Below are positions 50,415-60,022 of a stretch of 64,000 nt of DNA, piece by piece. Made by a program: the position numbers and the translations under genes. Within the stretch, counting starts at the first letter, position 1, and every line of letters begins with the position of its first letter. This stretch comes from a virus (lineage: Duplodnaviria; Caudoviricetes), in the IMG/VR virus record IMGVR_UViG_3300048861_000178, positions 224,001 through 288,000 of that record; one strand, given 5' to 3'. Under the pieces are notes generated by a model. It did no database searches. It was not told the origin of the DNA and worked only from the letters and a program-made list of their open reading frames with translations.

Positions 50415-50678
50415 ATGTCGCAAAACAAGCCCTATCGCTTCGGTAATCTGGCTCACGTCTTTCGCAAGTCTGAAGCGAAGGACTACACGCCGAAGCGCAG
50501 GCAACTCCTGGACATCTACGACATCGAAGAAATGTCAGTGTTCGAGGAGGTTCAGGAAGTCTCGCTGCGCCATGAGCTGAATCTGCCTGCGCAGTTCGGC
50601 CTCGCAGAAGAGACGTCCTTTGGCTACACCGAAGCCTGGTCGAGTGACGCCCTCGATGCCCTCTTCGCAGGTGAGTAA
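50415..50678 (+). CDS. Hypothetical acidic early protein
   Basis: GGAG SD, 87 aa. Confidence 0.7.
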   Translation: MSQNKPYRFGNLAHVFRKSEAKDYTPKRRQLLDIYDIEEMSVFEEVQEVSLRHELNLPAQFGLAEETSFGYTEAWSSDALDALFAGE

Positions 50679-50756
50679 CCGGTAGTACCCGCGGGGGAGA
50701 GAAGACGCTCCCCCGTGTTTGAAAACCCCCCTACATTTAAACAAGGAAGCAAAGCC

Positions 50757-51179
50757 ATGTTCACGATCAATCTCAATATCGCCTCGTCCAACACCATTCG
50801 CGCGATGGTGCGCTACTCGATCGAAGAAGATACGCTGCTCGGTCATGAAAGCCGTACCTGGACGCAGGAAGAAAACATCGTGCTTAAGCCGGGTACCATT
50901 CTCGGTAAAACGGAAGTCACGCCGTCGATCCACGGCCAGAAGATCACCACGATGGTGGTTGAAGGTCTGGATGGCCTGGGCCTGAATCTGACGACTGATA
51001 CGTCAGAACGTGCGTCCATCTTCGGCACCCACAGCACGACCGTGGTGCGCATCCAGTCGAGCATCGAATCCATGCTGGGTACGCCGCGTGTGTCGCGCCC
51101 GCTGCCGGGCCGCCAGGTGGATGAAGTGCGTATCTCCGTGCGTGCTACGGCGCGCCCGCGTGCGCGCTTCGGCTTCTAA
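50757..51179 (+). CDS. Hypothetical protein
   Basis: AAGGA SD before MFTINLN. Confidence 0.7.
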   Translation: MFTINLNIASSNTIRAMVRYSIEEDTLLGHESRTWTQEENIVLKPGTILGKTEVTPSIHGQKITTMVVEGLDGLGLNLTTDTSERASIFGTHSTTVVRIQSSIESMLGTPRVSRPLPGRQVDEVRISVRATARPRARFGF

Positions 51180-51284
51180 GGCAAGTAACACAACGACATA
51201 GCGGCTAGGGGGCAACCCCTAGCCAGTGTGCCGTTAAATAATCTCAGTTTTTACATCCCTCTTTTCATCTCTTGGAGTACGACC

Positions 51285-51467
51285 ATGATCGATCACGCTA
51301 ACAAAGAATACCTCGTTAATAGCCAGAAGCTGGTGAACCAAGTGAAGACCGGTGCGTTTATCGTCCTGTGCCTCATGACCTTCGGTGGCGTGCTTGCCAC
51401 GACCTGCGAAATGGGCCACACGATGCAAATGGAACGCATCGCTGAGATCCAGTCCCACAGTCACTAA
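51285..51467 (+). CDS. Small membrane protein
   Basis: GGAG SD, one hydrophobic segment. Confidence 0.6.
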   Translation: MIDHANKEYLVNSQKLVNQVKTGAFIVLCLMTFGGVLATTCEMGHTMQMERIAEIQSHSH

Positions 51468-51478
51468 GGAGTTTCTCG

Positions 51479-51805
51479 ATGTACGGTACGTCTATCGTGA
51501 GCCACTTGCTCACCTTGCGCTATCAAGACGCGCAGCATTCGCCCGTTGCCGCCACGATCAATGAGCTGAAGAAATCGCTGCATCGTTACGTGTTGCCCGA
51601 AGGCCCTCACAGCAAACGTAAGCTCATCGCGTTGCCGAACCAGACGTTCCTGTCGGAGCTCTTTGGTTTCACTTTGCCGCAAGCAGGTGCAACGCAACAC
51701 CCGGTGTTGGGCAACCTCGAGTGGCAAGACCGCTGGTTGATCTTTGACCAGTTCAATATCACGATCGGCGCCGCAAGCGTTAATCTGCTCGACGTACCGC
51801 AGTAA
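51479..51805 (+). CDS. Hypothetical protein
   Basis: AAGGAG SD. Confidence 0.65.
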   Translation: MYGTSIVSHLLTLRYQDAQHSPVAATINELKKSLHRYVLPEGPHSKRKLIALPNQTFLSELFGFTLPQAGATQHPVLGNLEWQDRWLIFDQFNITIGAASVNLLDVPQ

Positions 51806-51840
51806 GTCGTTCACCCCTACCGAAACTAAGGAGAGCCAAA

Positions 51841-52374
51841 ATGGCCCAGCAACAATTGGAAACGCCCGTCGAGTTCTACCTGAGAGAAAGCAAGCACTTT
51901 CTCGAGAACGAACAGATCGACCAGCGTATCAAATCGAAGTTCAAGATGTTCGTCGGTGCGGATCACGACCTCACCAAGACCGTCTATGCAGAACAAGTTC
52001 GCACGGCCTTGCGCGCCATCGCCGAGGTGATCACTGTCTCGGCCCAAGCAGGCATCAAGCCCGCCATGATGCGCCGCATGAAAGCTTATACGGTGGTGGT
52101 CGATAACTTGCGTGGCTTCATGCAAGATGTCGCCATGCTGAAGCTGGGCGCCGATGTGAACTACGCATTCGCCTTGGAGCGCGGTTTCGAAGAGTTGCTT
52201 GCCCATGAATGCAAGGCACTGCATGACGAAGGTAAGGTGGGTTGCAAGATCCGCTTTGTGCGTCCTCGCGATCTTCGCTACGACGGCCAGTATTCGCTCT
52301 ATGAACGCATCACGGTGCGCTTTGATGGCCAGTTCGAAGTCTCGTTTATCGACGGGGCGCGTTATGGCGCGTAA
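51841..52374 (+). CDS. Hypothetical protein
   Basis: AAGGAG SD, 177 aa. Confidence 0.7.
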   Translation: MAQQQLETPVEFYLRESKHFLENEQIDQRIKSKFKMFVGADHDLTKTVYAEQVRTALRAIAEVITVSAQAGIKPAMMRRMKAYTVVVDNLRGFMQDVAMLKLGADVNYAFALERGFEELLAHECKALHDEGKVGCKIRFVRPRDLRYDGQYSLYERITVRFDGQFEVSFIDGARYGA

Positions 52375-52561
52375 TAAAGAGCTGCTGGTTAAAGAGATCA
52401 AGAACGATCTCGCCCAAGCCCTGCATGTCTTGGAATCTGCCGATGTGAAGGAATTGACGTTCGGCGAAATCAAGACGGCGGCGGCCTCTGCTACGCAAGC
52501 CGCTACTGCACTGCATCGTCTGGCTGGTATGCTGGACGTCGAAGCGGATTTCCCGCGCTAA
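52364..52561 (+). CDS. Hypothetical protein
   Basis: MARNKELL start overlaps the upstream stop. Confidence 0.55.
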   Translation: MARNKELLVKEIKNDLAQALHVLESADVKELTFGEIKTAAASATQAATALHRLAGMLDVEADFPR

Positions 52562-52599
52562 TTGAAAACTCCCTTGCCCCTCGCCTGAGGGGTGAGTTC

Positions 52600-52630
52600 A
52601 AGAGGGGCTTCGGCTCCTCTTTTTTTTTTT
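52600..52630 (+). terminator. Rho-independent terminator
   Basis: AGAGGGGC-TTCG-GCTCCTCT plus a long T tract. Confidence 0.85.
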
Positions 52631-52647
52631 GTCTGTTTGGAGGCCAC

Positions 52648-52839
52648 TTGGCTAAAAAGAATGAAGTCGGCGTGGTCTATTTGCCCCACGGTCACATCGG
52701 GGCGTTCTTCAATAAGAACTGTCTCTTTAATCTGCATGCACTCAATCCCGAGATGATGAGGCATGAAGAAATAGACCCAGAACCTGCTAAGTGGCCAGGT
52801 TATATCGCACCGGAACCCACCCCATCGAAACAAAAATGA
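52648..52839 (+). CDS. Hypothetical protein
   Basis: GGAGG SD, TTG start. Confidence 0.45.
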   Translation: MAKKNEVGVVYLPHGHIGAFFNKNCLFNLHALNPEMMRHEEIDPEPAKWPGYIAPEPTPSKQK

Positions 52840-52935
52840 CGTGATGCTTTTTTGGTATGTCGGGATACCTAAATTACATGAGAGGGGGACAAGAGACCCT
52901 TCTTATTTTCCCAACCTACCCGCGTGAGAACTAGC

Positions 52936-53208
52936 ATGCCTAACGCGCGCTTTACCGAAGCCGAGCTTCAGGCTATCCTGAATAAGCTCAAGATTTCCTT
53001 GCACGGTGCGATCCGGGAATGCAAGGCGTTGACCTCCAACATCGGGCAACTCGTGCGCCTCGCTCAGATCGAGCAAACGCTCAAGCAGCCCGAGGCAGTG
53101 GGTGGCGACACTGTCCACCAACTCAACACGTACCAGACGATGCTCAACGAGGTGAAAGCCTTTATCAAGGCGATCGAAGAAGGTAGTGCTACTGCACTTG
53201 CTGCATAA
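52936..53208 (+). CDS. Hypothetical protein
   Basis: 90 aa helical ORF. Confidence 0.55.
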   Translation: MPNARFTEAELQAILNKLKISLHGAIRECKALTSNIGQLVRLAQIEQTLKQPEAVGGDTVHQLNTYQTMLNEVKAFIKAIEEGSATALAA

Positions 53209-53216
53209 GGCCGACG

Positions 53217-53483
53217 ATGTACTCTATCCCCTTAACCCGCGAGAATCAACCGCCTGCTTTTTGGACGGAAGAACGTCAGCGGTGCAGTGACATGTACGTG
53301 GCGACAAAACGAGAACGTAAGCGCGTTGAACGCGAGCACACGCAAATGTTGCTCGACATGAATTCCGCTTACGCCCTGGCTTCGGCTTACTTTCGCTCGG
53401 GGGTTGTGCTGCGAAGGATTAATCTCTTCTCGCTTGCGATTGACCAGTTCGATCGCGCGTACCAGTTGTTAGTCCTCTTTTAA
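53217..53483 (+). CDS. Hypothetical protein
   Basis: AAGG SD, 88 aa. Confidence 0.55.
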   Translation: MYSIPLTRENQPPAFWTEERQRCSDMYVATKRERKRVEREHTQMLLDMNSAYALASAYFRSGVVLRRINLFSLAIDQFDRAYQLLVLF

Positions 53484-53540
53484 TAAACACCAGGGTGACG
53501 TCAGGTTCGCCCAAGTACCACACAGACCACTGAACTTCTC

Positions 53541-54140
53541 ATGAACCACAAAGCTCTTTCCTTCTTCTTCGCCAACTACGACTTCAAGAACTTCGAAGCG
53601 ACCAACGCAGATGAAGGGTTTATCGAAAACCACATCAATTCGCTCTATAGCGCCGATGAGCAACCTGTCATGCGGCTCGTGCGTCGCACCGTGCGTGAGC
53701 TCTCCTCGCACCCGGCACTGGCCACGGACTTCGTGTTCGACGCAGGCTCTCACCAGGGCATGTACCGGCGCCTGGAAGGCTATCGCGTGAATGTCGACGA
53801 TCAGCTCGTGATGAAGGTCACGATCGAGATGGGTGAAGACGCGGGCACCTACGTGAATGCCAAGGCCATCTATCCGCGACTGGAAAAAGCCGCCAAGAAG
53901 GAATTCGGCAAGCGCTGGCAGAAAGCCGCTGGGATCGACTTCGACTACGCCTCGGCCTTTAGCCAGATGCGCAATCTGGTCAGCCAGCTCTCCAACAGCT
54001 GCGTGTTCAAGGTCGATGAAAACGGCGTGGGCTTCACGCTCACCATCATGCCGCTCACCAAGGGCCTCGTGGACTTCGCTAAGGGCCAGGAAGCCGCTGC
54101 GGGAACCTTCGTGAAGCTCCAGTTGCGCAACGCCGCATAA
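53541..54140 (+). CDS. Hypothetical protein
   Basis: 199 aa, phage-typical codon bias. Confidence 0.7.
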   Translation: MNHKALSFFFANYDFKNFEATNADEGFIENHINSLYSADEQPVMRLVRRTVRELSSHPALATDFVFDAGSHQGMYRRLEGYRVNVDDQLVMKVTIEMGEDAGTYVNAKAIYPRLEKAAKKEFGKRWQKAAGIDFDYASAFSQMRNLVSQLSNSCVFKVDENGVGFTLTIMPLTKGLVDFAKGQEAAAGTFVKLQLRNAA

Positions 54141-54150
54141 GCCGCTACAG

Positions 54151-54188
54151 CGGCATACGGGCAGCCCCAGGGCTGCCCACTATGACCG
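54151..54188. terminator. Bidirectional hairpin with CGGCATA/TATGACCG flanks
   Basis: GGGCAGCCC/GGGCTGCCC stem between convergent genes. Confidence 0.7.
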
Positions 54189-54190
54189 TG

Positions 54191-54994
54191 TTACCGGTAG
54201 CCGCCAATCAAACTGCGCACAAAGCGGTTGAACGTCTCATTGTCGTTCATGTACGCCACCTTCTGCCAGGTGGTAGCCAGGAACTCCTGATATTGTTCTT
54301 CGGCGTCCTTGTACTCCTCGACGATTTCCTTGAACTTACCGATTTCCTGACCACCGCGGATCTTGCCGATGTCCATCTCGATGACTTGGTCATTGTAGAT
54401 GTAGGCTTTCACCGCGAGCTCCACCAGCCGACAGAAAGGCCGATAGCTGCGCATCTGGATATGCGACATGTTCTCGTCGTTAGCCAGAATACAACGCAGA
54501 TACACGTCCGGTGGCAGCACGATGGTATCGCGCACCATGATGGTGTTTTCCCCGATCAACTGCACGCGATGGGTGGAGGTCACGGGCAACGCACCGTAAG
54601 CATCCATCACGGCCTGACCGGCTTGCAGCATCGTGGTGTTCTGCGCGCCTGCGGCAATCCCGTAGCTCGAGACTTTCGTCGGGTCAGCGAACGTGATGTT
54701 CAGCACTGACAGAATCGAGCGACCCTGCGTCTTGGTCTTGGGGATGCGATACACCGACGTGTAGTCGTTCATGCGTTCGTACGGAATATCATCCAGATAC
54801 ACAAACGCTTCAGTGCCGCCCACCAGGTTACAGTCCACCAGCACACGGGGGCGCACCACTTGTTCCAAAATACACTCGTCGATCGAGCGCGGGGCAGTAC
54901 GCCAACGGGCCGTGCGCTCGACAAACACCTCTTCCAATACACGCCGTGGAATCCTGAACTTCAGATCATCCACAGCTCGGGTGATAGGATTCAC
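54191..54994 (-). CDS. Conserved jumbo-phage protein, probably virion-associated
   Basis: GGAGG SD, GTG start; 'VRPRVLVDCNLVGG'. Confidence 0.65.
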   Translation of the reverse strand: MNPITRAVDDLKFRIPRRVLEEVFVERTARWRTAPRSIDECILEQVVRPRVLVDCNLVGGTEAFVYLDDIPYERMNDYTSVYRIPKTKTQGRSILSVLNITFADPTKVSSYGIAAGAQNTTMLQAGQAVMDAYGALPVTSTHRVQLIGENTIMVRDTIVLPPDVYLRCILANDENMSHIQMRSYRPFCRLVELAVKAYIYNDQVIEMDIGKIRGGQEIGKFKEIVEEYKDAEEQYQEFLATTWQKVAYMNDNETFNRFVRSLIGGYR

Positions 54995-55065
54995 TCTTGG
55001 CCTCCGCTAAAAAAGAATCTACATAGGATCGCGTGTTAAAAGTCGATTGAAAACAATTTCAGACC

Positions 55066-55073
55066 TATATTAC
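55066..55073 (+). promoter_or_regulatory. Early promoter core TATATTAC
   Basis: AAAACAATTTCAGACCTATATTACGTCCTTGAG upstream of the phuZ unit. Confidence 0.7.
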
Positions 55074-55139
55074 GTCCTTGAGTTGAAGCAAGAAGCTTCG
55101 ACAACCCATTCTATCTCGTCTATTCTCAGGAGCATTACC

Positions 55140-55550
55140 ATGAACAACGTTGCTAACATCAAGGCTTATGCAGCTAATCTGGCTGCTCTTGTGTACATGA
55201 ACAAGCACTATGCAATGGATGAAGTGTCCAGCAATGGCGCTACCATCCTGTACCGTGTGAGCCAAAACGCGATGGGTGACTTTATCGTCGAAGGCTTCCG
55301 TGCTTCGATGGCCGATGGCGCTCACAAGAGCTTCAAGGCTGAACTGGAAGCAGGTGTGCTGTGGGCCGGTTCCAAGCGCAAGGTGATGGAGTACCTGAAC
55401 GCTAAGGACCGTAACTCGACCGAACTCGTGCCGCTGGAAATGCACTTCCACGAATCGAAGTTCGAAGAGTTCTTCATCGCTGAAGACAAGCCGATGTCGA
55501 CTACCATCATCACCGAAGCGGTTATCAACGGTCACCTGGCCGCAGTTTAA
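55140..55550 (+). CDS. Hypothetical early protein
   Basis: AGGAG SD before MNNVANI. Confidence 0.7.
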   Translation: MNNVANIKAYAANLAALVYMNKHYAMDEVSSNGATILYRVSQNAMGDFIVEGFRASMADGAHKSFKAELEAGVLWAGSKRKVMEYLNAKDRNSTELVPLEMHFHESKFEEFFIAEDKPMSTTIITEAVINGHLAAV

Positions 55551-55633
55551 GGTGCCTGCTTAGTCAGGCATTTTTTACGAGCACATCCCCTACTATGTAG
55601 GAGTGCTTCAATTTGAAAAACTAGGAAAGAAAC

Positions 55634-56638
55634 ATGTCCGAAATCATCGAGAAAGTCAAAGGTCGTATCAGCATCTACGCCGCAGGCGGAGCTGGCACGA
55701 ACATTGCGACGCGCTTTGAGAAGTACCGCGGCAAGAGTCAGGCGGGCATGGCGATCGTCGATCCGGTTTACATCGACACCTCCAAGTCCAACATACTCAG
55801 CGCCGACATCGCAGCCGATGCGGTGTACCACTTCCAGGGCCTCGATGGCGCTGGACAAGTGCGTCGCGAACATGCAGCCGTCGTGAAGGAACGTGCCAAG
55901 GAAATCCTGCACACGTACAAGCCGGGCAACCTCGCGCTGGTGATGCATTCGGCCTCGGGTGGTTCGGGTTCGGTGATCGGTCCGATCCTCACGCAAGAGC
56001 TGCTCGCGCGGGACGTGCCGGTGGTCGTGGTCATGGTGGGTGATGCGTCGACGCGTCTGTACGCGGAGAACACGCTCAACACGATCAAGTCCTACGAAGC
56101 CATCGCCAAGGCCGCGGGTGCGCCGATCGTCATCGCGTATTTGCAGAACACGCAAGACACGCCGCGCGCTGCGGTGGACGCTGAAATCGAAACCGTCGTG
56201 GTCGGCCTCGCCGCACTCTTTAGCCGCGAGAACACCGAGCTCGACACGCGTGACCTCTACAACTGGTTGCGCTTCGACAAGGTCACCACCTTCAAGCAGC
56301 CGATGCTCGCCGGTTTGCACATCGTCAAGAACGGCGAATCGCACGCTCACGTGGGCAATGTCATCAGCGTCGCGACGCTGGCGAAAGCGGGCGCCGATGC
56401 AACGCTGCCGTTCATGCCGGAAGTGCGCTTTCTGGGTCTGTTCCCGGCCGACATGCCCGAGAACATCGCCAAGGAATCGCCGGTGCATTACATCACGGGC
56501 GACCGGGTGATCCACGAAGCCGTGGACAACGTGCAACGGGTGCTCACGCATCTGAGCGAGGAACAGCAATCGCGCGTCGCGCACAAGTCCATTTTGGGCG
56601 CAGGCGACCGCGCGGATGAAACGGGGCTGATCCTCTAA
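55634..56638 (+). CDS. phuZ: PhuZ phage tubulin
   Basis: 'IYAAGGAGTNI', 'IDTS', tubulin signature 'SGGSGSVIGP', C-terminal 'ADETGLIL'. Confidence 0.93.
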   Translation: MSEIIEKVKGRISIYAAGGAGTNIATRFEKYRGKSQAGMAIVDPVYIDTSKSNILSADIAADAVYHFQGLDGAGQVRREHAAVVKERAKEILHTYKPGNLALVMHSASGGSGSVIGPILTQELLARDVPVVVVMVGDASTRLYAENTLNTIKSYEAIAKAAGAPIVIAYLQNTQDTPRAAVDAEIETVVVGLAALFSRENTELDTRDLYNWLRFDKVTTFKQPMLAGLHIVKNGESHAHVGNVISVATLAKAGADATLPFMPEVRFLGLFPADMPENIAKESPVHYITGDRVIHEAVDNVQRVLTHLSEEQQSRVAHKSILGAGDRADETGLIL

Positions 56639-56678
56639 CACAACGCAGCAAACACGATAAGGAAAGCAATAAGAACCG

Positions 56679-56903
56679 ATGTTTAGCCATGTGAGAAACC
56701 TGGCTCGATGGTGGCTGCGGGAGATGAAGTGGCTCTACCATGATTTTTCATGGTTCCCTTCTCTCCAGGCGGCCGCCAATCGCAAAGTTCATCGGTCCTC
56801 ACCCCGGCTGGCGCAAGCTCGGGTGAATAGACATCATGCGCGACGTCCCCAGCTGGGGAAGGCAACGCGGGTTAAGGGTGCCCGTAGTACCTTCAGCCAT
56901 TGA
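56679..56903 (+). CDS. Small Arg-rich hypothetical protein
   Basis: 74 aa basic ORF after phuZ; weak SD. Confidence 0.4.
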   Translation: MFSHVRNLARWWLREMKWLYHDFSWFPSLQAAANRKVHRSSPRLAQARVNRHHARRPQLGKATRVKGARSTFSH

Positions 56904-57300
56904 GGCGATGCGCTTGGCCCGTTGATTCGGACCGATGATTTGGCCATGCGCAGACTCTTAGTCCCATACCAGCCGAACCGCGCATCAGGCGCAGGGGGTG
57001 CATCAGGGATTAAGAGATCTTTTACATTCCGTGAGCAATGGCCTGCCACCACCGGTGAGCAGGAGGCAATAAGTGCGACAGTTTTCAAGGGAGTACCTGA
57101 AGCTTCTGTTCCAAGGTCCATGGACTGTTGGAAAGATCGCATTAGGACCTAACTCTTGGCTCGCATCTTGAGATGTCCAGACCGCCTCAGTTCCGACCGC
57201 AACAATCCCACAGTCTGTTTTACGGGTCGCTGTTTGGGTGAGCACCGGACGAGGCGAGTCCCTTTTATGCCTTCCAGTAGGAGGGTGCAAAAGGGACTGA
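56900..57300 (+). ncRNA. Putative structured ncRNA A
   Basis: TGAGGCG 56901-07 / CGCCTCA 57183-89; CTCTTAGTCCC 56955-65 / GGGATTAAGAG 57006-16; further nested stems; terminal hairpin 57257-57298. Confidence 0.55.
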
Positions 57301-57375
57301 TTATTTTTTTATGCCGCAGTTACACAAATAGTCAAAACAAACGTAGCCGCTGGATACTGTGTATAAGGAGCCGCC

Positions 57376-57783
57376 ATGAACCTCTTAACCGTCGAACCTA
57401 GGGCGCTATTGATCCAGGAGATCCATGACTTCCTGAGCGTCTTAAAGGGCGCTACGAGGGCTGTTGCGAGTCAGCTGGTCTTCTCCGGATTAAGCGAAGA
57501 GCGCTTGATCGAATGGATCGTGAAAGAACAGATAGAGCAAGTGTATCATTTGTTCTCTGTGAACCACGATCCGCGGGATTGGCGCTTTGCTCGACTGCAT
57601 GACCAGATCCGCTCACAGTTGGATCTGGATTACTACACGGGCCAGTACATTAAGGTGCCGCAGTTGTACGGGGATAACTGCTTCATCGATTTAGAAATCC
57701 GCGGGATTGATCTGTACTTGTGGTACTACATCCACAATCGTCCCGCCAATACGAACTACGACTACCAAAGAAAATGGAACTGA
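57376..57783 (+). CDS. Hypothetical protein (array member)
   Basis: AAGGAG SD, 135 aa. Confidence 0.7.
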   Translation: MNLLTVEPRALLIQEIHDFLSVLKGATRAVASQLVFSGLSEERLIEWIVKEQIEQVYHLFSVNHDPRDWRFARLHDQIRSQLDLDYYTGQYIKVPQLYGDNCFIDLEIRGIDLYLWYYIHNRPANTNYDYQRKWN

Positions 57784-58583
57784 AAATCACTGGAACGCTG
57801 GTGCTGGATCTGGGAGACTGGGTCGATGCGGTGGAAGCTGCCGCAGGTCCCTACATGTTGCCCAATCCGCAAGGGTTGTACCTGCCGACTCAGTGTGAGC
57901 CGGTGATGATCGCAGGGCAGCCGTATTTCTACGCAGGCGAAGCGGTCAAGAGCGTCGCGGTGCCGATTCCGATCACCTCGTTCGAATTGCCGTTGCGCGA
58001 TGAGGTGTTCGATGCGGAAGCCAATCTCGTGGTGCCTAAAGTCCACTTGCCGTATCTGAAGCCGCAATCACGCTATTCGCTGCGTGCCCGGAACCTCCTC
58101 GTCGAGCTGATTGACCACATGGTGATCAACCATGCAAAGTGGTCCAGTCAGGGTCGAATTCGTCGTGGCCACAAGAAGCTGAATTTTGATGCAGTGATCC
58201 GGCCGTTTTTGCTCGAGCAGTTTCAGCGCTCAGGCATCACGATCGATTCGGTGTTCCAGTATCCGAAAGATCCCACTGATCCCAAATTCACCTGGGGTGA
58301 GACTGGCAACATCGTCGCGCTTGAACACGAACCGACTGATGATCTGGGGCGGTCGCGGATCACGGAACAGGACAAGCAACTTTTTTACGCCGCTCAGGAG
58401 ATCTGTGAGAGCATCACGCTGCAGCTTAGCGACATGCTACATCAGTTGACAGACTTCTTGGGACAAGATCGCTGGATCATGCACTTCATGAAAGTGGATA
58501 ACACGACGGTGCGGGTGGAAAAGACCATCGACTATCGGATCTACTCGTGGATGATGGAGCACGGGCGCGATTTTGAAGATTAA
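57774..58583 (+). CDS. Conserved hypothetical protein
   Basis: MELKITG start overlaps the upstream stop; C-terminal 'IDYRI'. Confidence 0.7.
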   Translation: MELKITGTLVLDLGDWVDAVEAAAGPYMLPNPQGLYLPTQCEPVMIAGQPYFYAGEAVKSVAVPIPITSFELPLRDEVFDAEANLVVPKVHLPYLKPQSRYSLRARNLLVELIDHMVINHAKWSSQGRIRRGHKKLNFDAVIRPFLLEQFQRSGITIDSVFQYPKDPTDPKFTWGETGNIVALEHEPTDDLGRSRITEQDKQLFYAAQEICESITLQLSDMLHQLTDFLGQDRWIMHFMKVDNTTVRVEKTIDYRIYSWMMEHGRDFED

Positions 58584-58608
58584 CAGAGCGCGTGTCGGGG
58601 ATGAGTAG

Positions 58609-59052
58609 ATGAGAAGCAGTACGGTGATTTCGCTGCTGGATGTGGGCATGTTCGTGCAACGCGAGCTGGCTCTGTATCAAGCACGCAAGCGTAACCCACG
58701 CAATCCGGAAGCAGCACTTGATCCGAACTGGAGAAGCTACGACAGTGGCCCGCTCCTGGAAGCGTTGCTCAAGGACGTGTTTGATAACACCTGTGAAGAG
58801 CATCCTTCTGAGTACCTGGTCACAGCGAAAGCCCTGTTGCAGAATTCGGGCATGAACCATAACGCTGCGCACCAGTTGTGTAACCGTGCGTTTGACATGA
58901 TTGTCGATTACATCGGCGCTGTGTTGCCGCACTTGAAGTTAAGCGATACATCCACAGAGGCGTACGCTGATCTCACGGGCACATGGGACGTGGTGGTCAC
59001 AGAGTTTCGTGCCCGCCCAGTCGATCCCGTGTACGAGCCCGTGAGACTGTAG
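58609..59052 (+). CDS. Hypothetical protein (array member)
   Basis: 147 aa. Confidence 0.65.
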   Translation: MRSSTVISLLDVGMFVQRELALYQARKRNPRNPEAALDPNWRSYDSGPLLEALLKDVFDNTCEEHPSEYLVTAKALLQNSGMNHNAAHQLCNRAFDMIVDYIGAVLPHLKLSDTSTEAYADLTGTWDVVVTEFRARPVDPVYEPVRL

Positions 59053-59090
59053 GTAACAGGTCATTACAATCGAAACAAGGAATAGCAACC

Positions 59091-59576
59091 ATGTCCGTTT
59101 TCATATTGCCCACGTGTGATCTGATCACGGAATCCATGGTGTACGATGAGTTGTTCAAACTCTTTCTGAGAGGCGGGGTGCATTCCGTCGTGAAGAATGC
59201 AGTGTTGGGCACGTCGTTTCAAGAAACCTCGCCGTACACTGAGTACCAGCGCTCGCTGCAACATCACCACAGTGAGCTGGTGGATTTCGTGTTGAAGAAG
59301 TTTGACAGTTACGTTAACCGGCGCCATGAACAGTTCGATGAGCGCACGGGCCGTATTAAACATACGACCGTGGACTTAAGCGAATACATGAGCCGGGTGG
59401 GTGAGCTCGAGATGATCACGCAGTCCATTGAAGAGCAAGTGCTGCTCATCATGCAAGATCTCTTTAGCAGCCGACCTTACCACATCGACGACCAAAGTCC
59501 GCGCTGGATCGGTCGAGATCTGGTGGTGGGCATTGAGGTCCTCACCAACAATTGGGGAAAACGCCGTGTATACTGA
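59091..59576 (+). CDS. Hypothetical protein (array member)
   Basis: AAGGA SD; C-terminal 'RWIGRDLVV'. Confidence 0.7.
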   Translation: MSVFILPTCDLITESMVYDELFKLFLRGGVHSVVKNAVLGTSFQETSPYTEYQRSLQHHHSELVDFVLKKFDSYVNRRHEQFDERTGRIKHTTVDLSEYMSRVGELEMITQSIEEQVLLIMQDLFSSRPYHIDDQSPRWIGRDLVVGIEVLTNNWGKRRVY

Positions 59577-60021
59577 AAACCTATTGATCGACTTCACGCA
59601 AGAGATCCATGGGTTTCTGCGCGTGGCGACCCAGCCTTTTCGTCCGCCCTTTGATTTGAACGAAGTGCTGGCGAGCGTGTTCTCGGCAATTAGCGTGTAT
59701 GATTGTGCAGAGTCTGAGCTCACGGAAGTGGCGATCGTACTGGCGTACGACTGTGGCTACCAGGAGTTCCGCATCGAGGAAGCCGATATTCCCCGCGGTC
59801 CTCATCGCGACATGTTTGAAGCGGTGATGAAGATGGGGCTCGCCATGCGAGATCGGTTGCGCTTTGAATACAACGCTTATCTGCCGCCTGACGGCTATTT
59901 TCCCTATCATTTTGCGGAGGTCCACAGTGACCATCTTGTCCGGTTTGCCAAGGCCGATTTTGAGGAGTTCGGTCCACAGCCAGCCCCCTTCGACCTTTTT
60001 GGTTCTGGATACCGACTCTGA
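59566..60021 (+). CDS. Hypothetical protein (array member)
   Basis: GTG start overlapping upstream gene; 'DGYFPYHF'. Confidence 0.65.
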   Translation: MYTENLLIDFTQEIHGFLRVATQPFRPPFDLNEVLASVFSAISVYDCAESELTEVAIVLAYDCGYQEFRIEEADIPRGPHRDMFEAVMKMGLAMRDRLRFEYNAYLPPDGYFPYHFAEVHSDHLVRFAKADFEEFGPQPAPFDLFGSGYRL

Positions 60022-60022
60022 C

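Noticed and set aside
56922-57401. Short ORFs over putative ncRNA A
   Set aside because: No SD, atypical composition; base-pairing explains the region better
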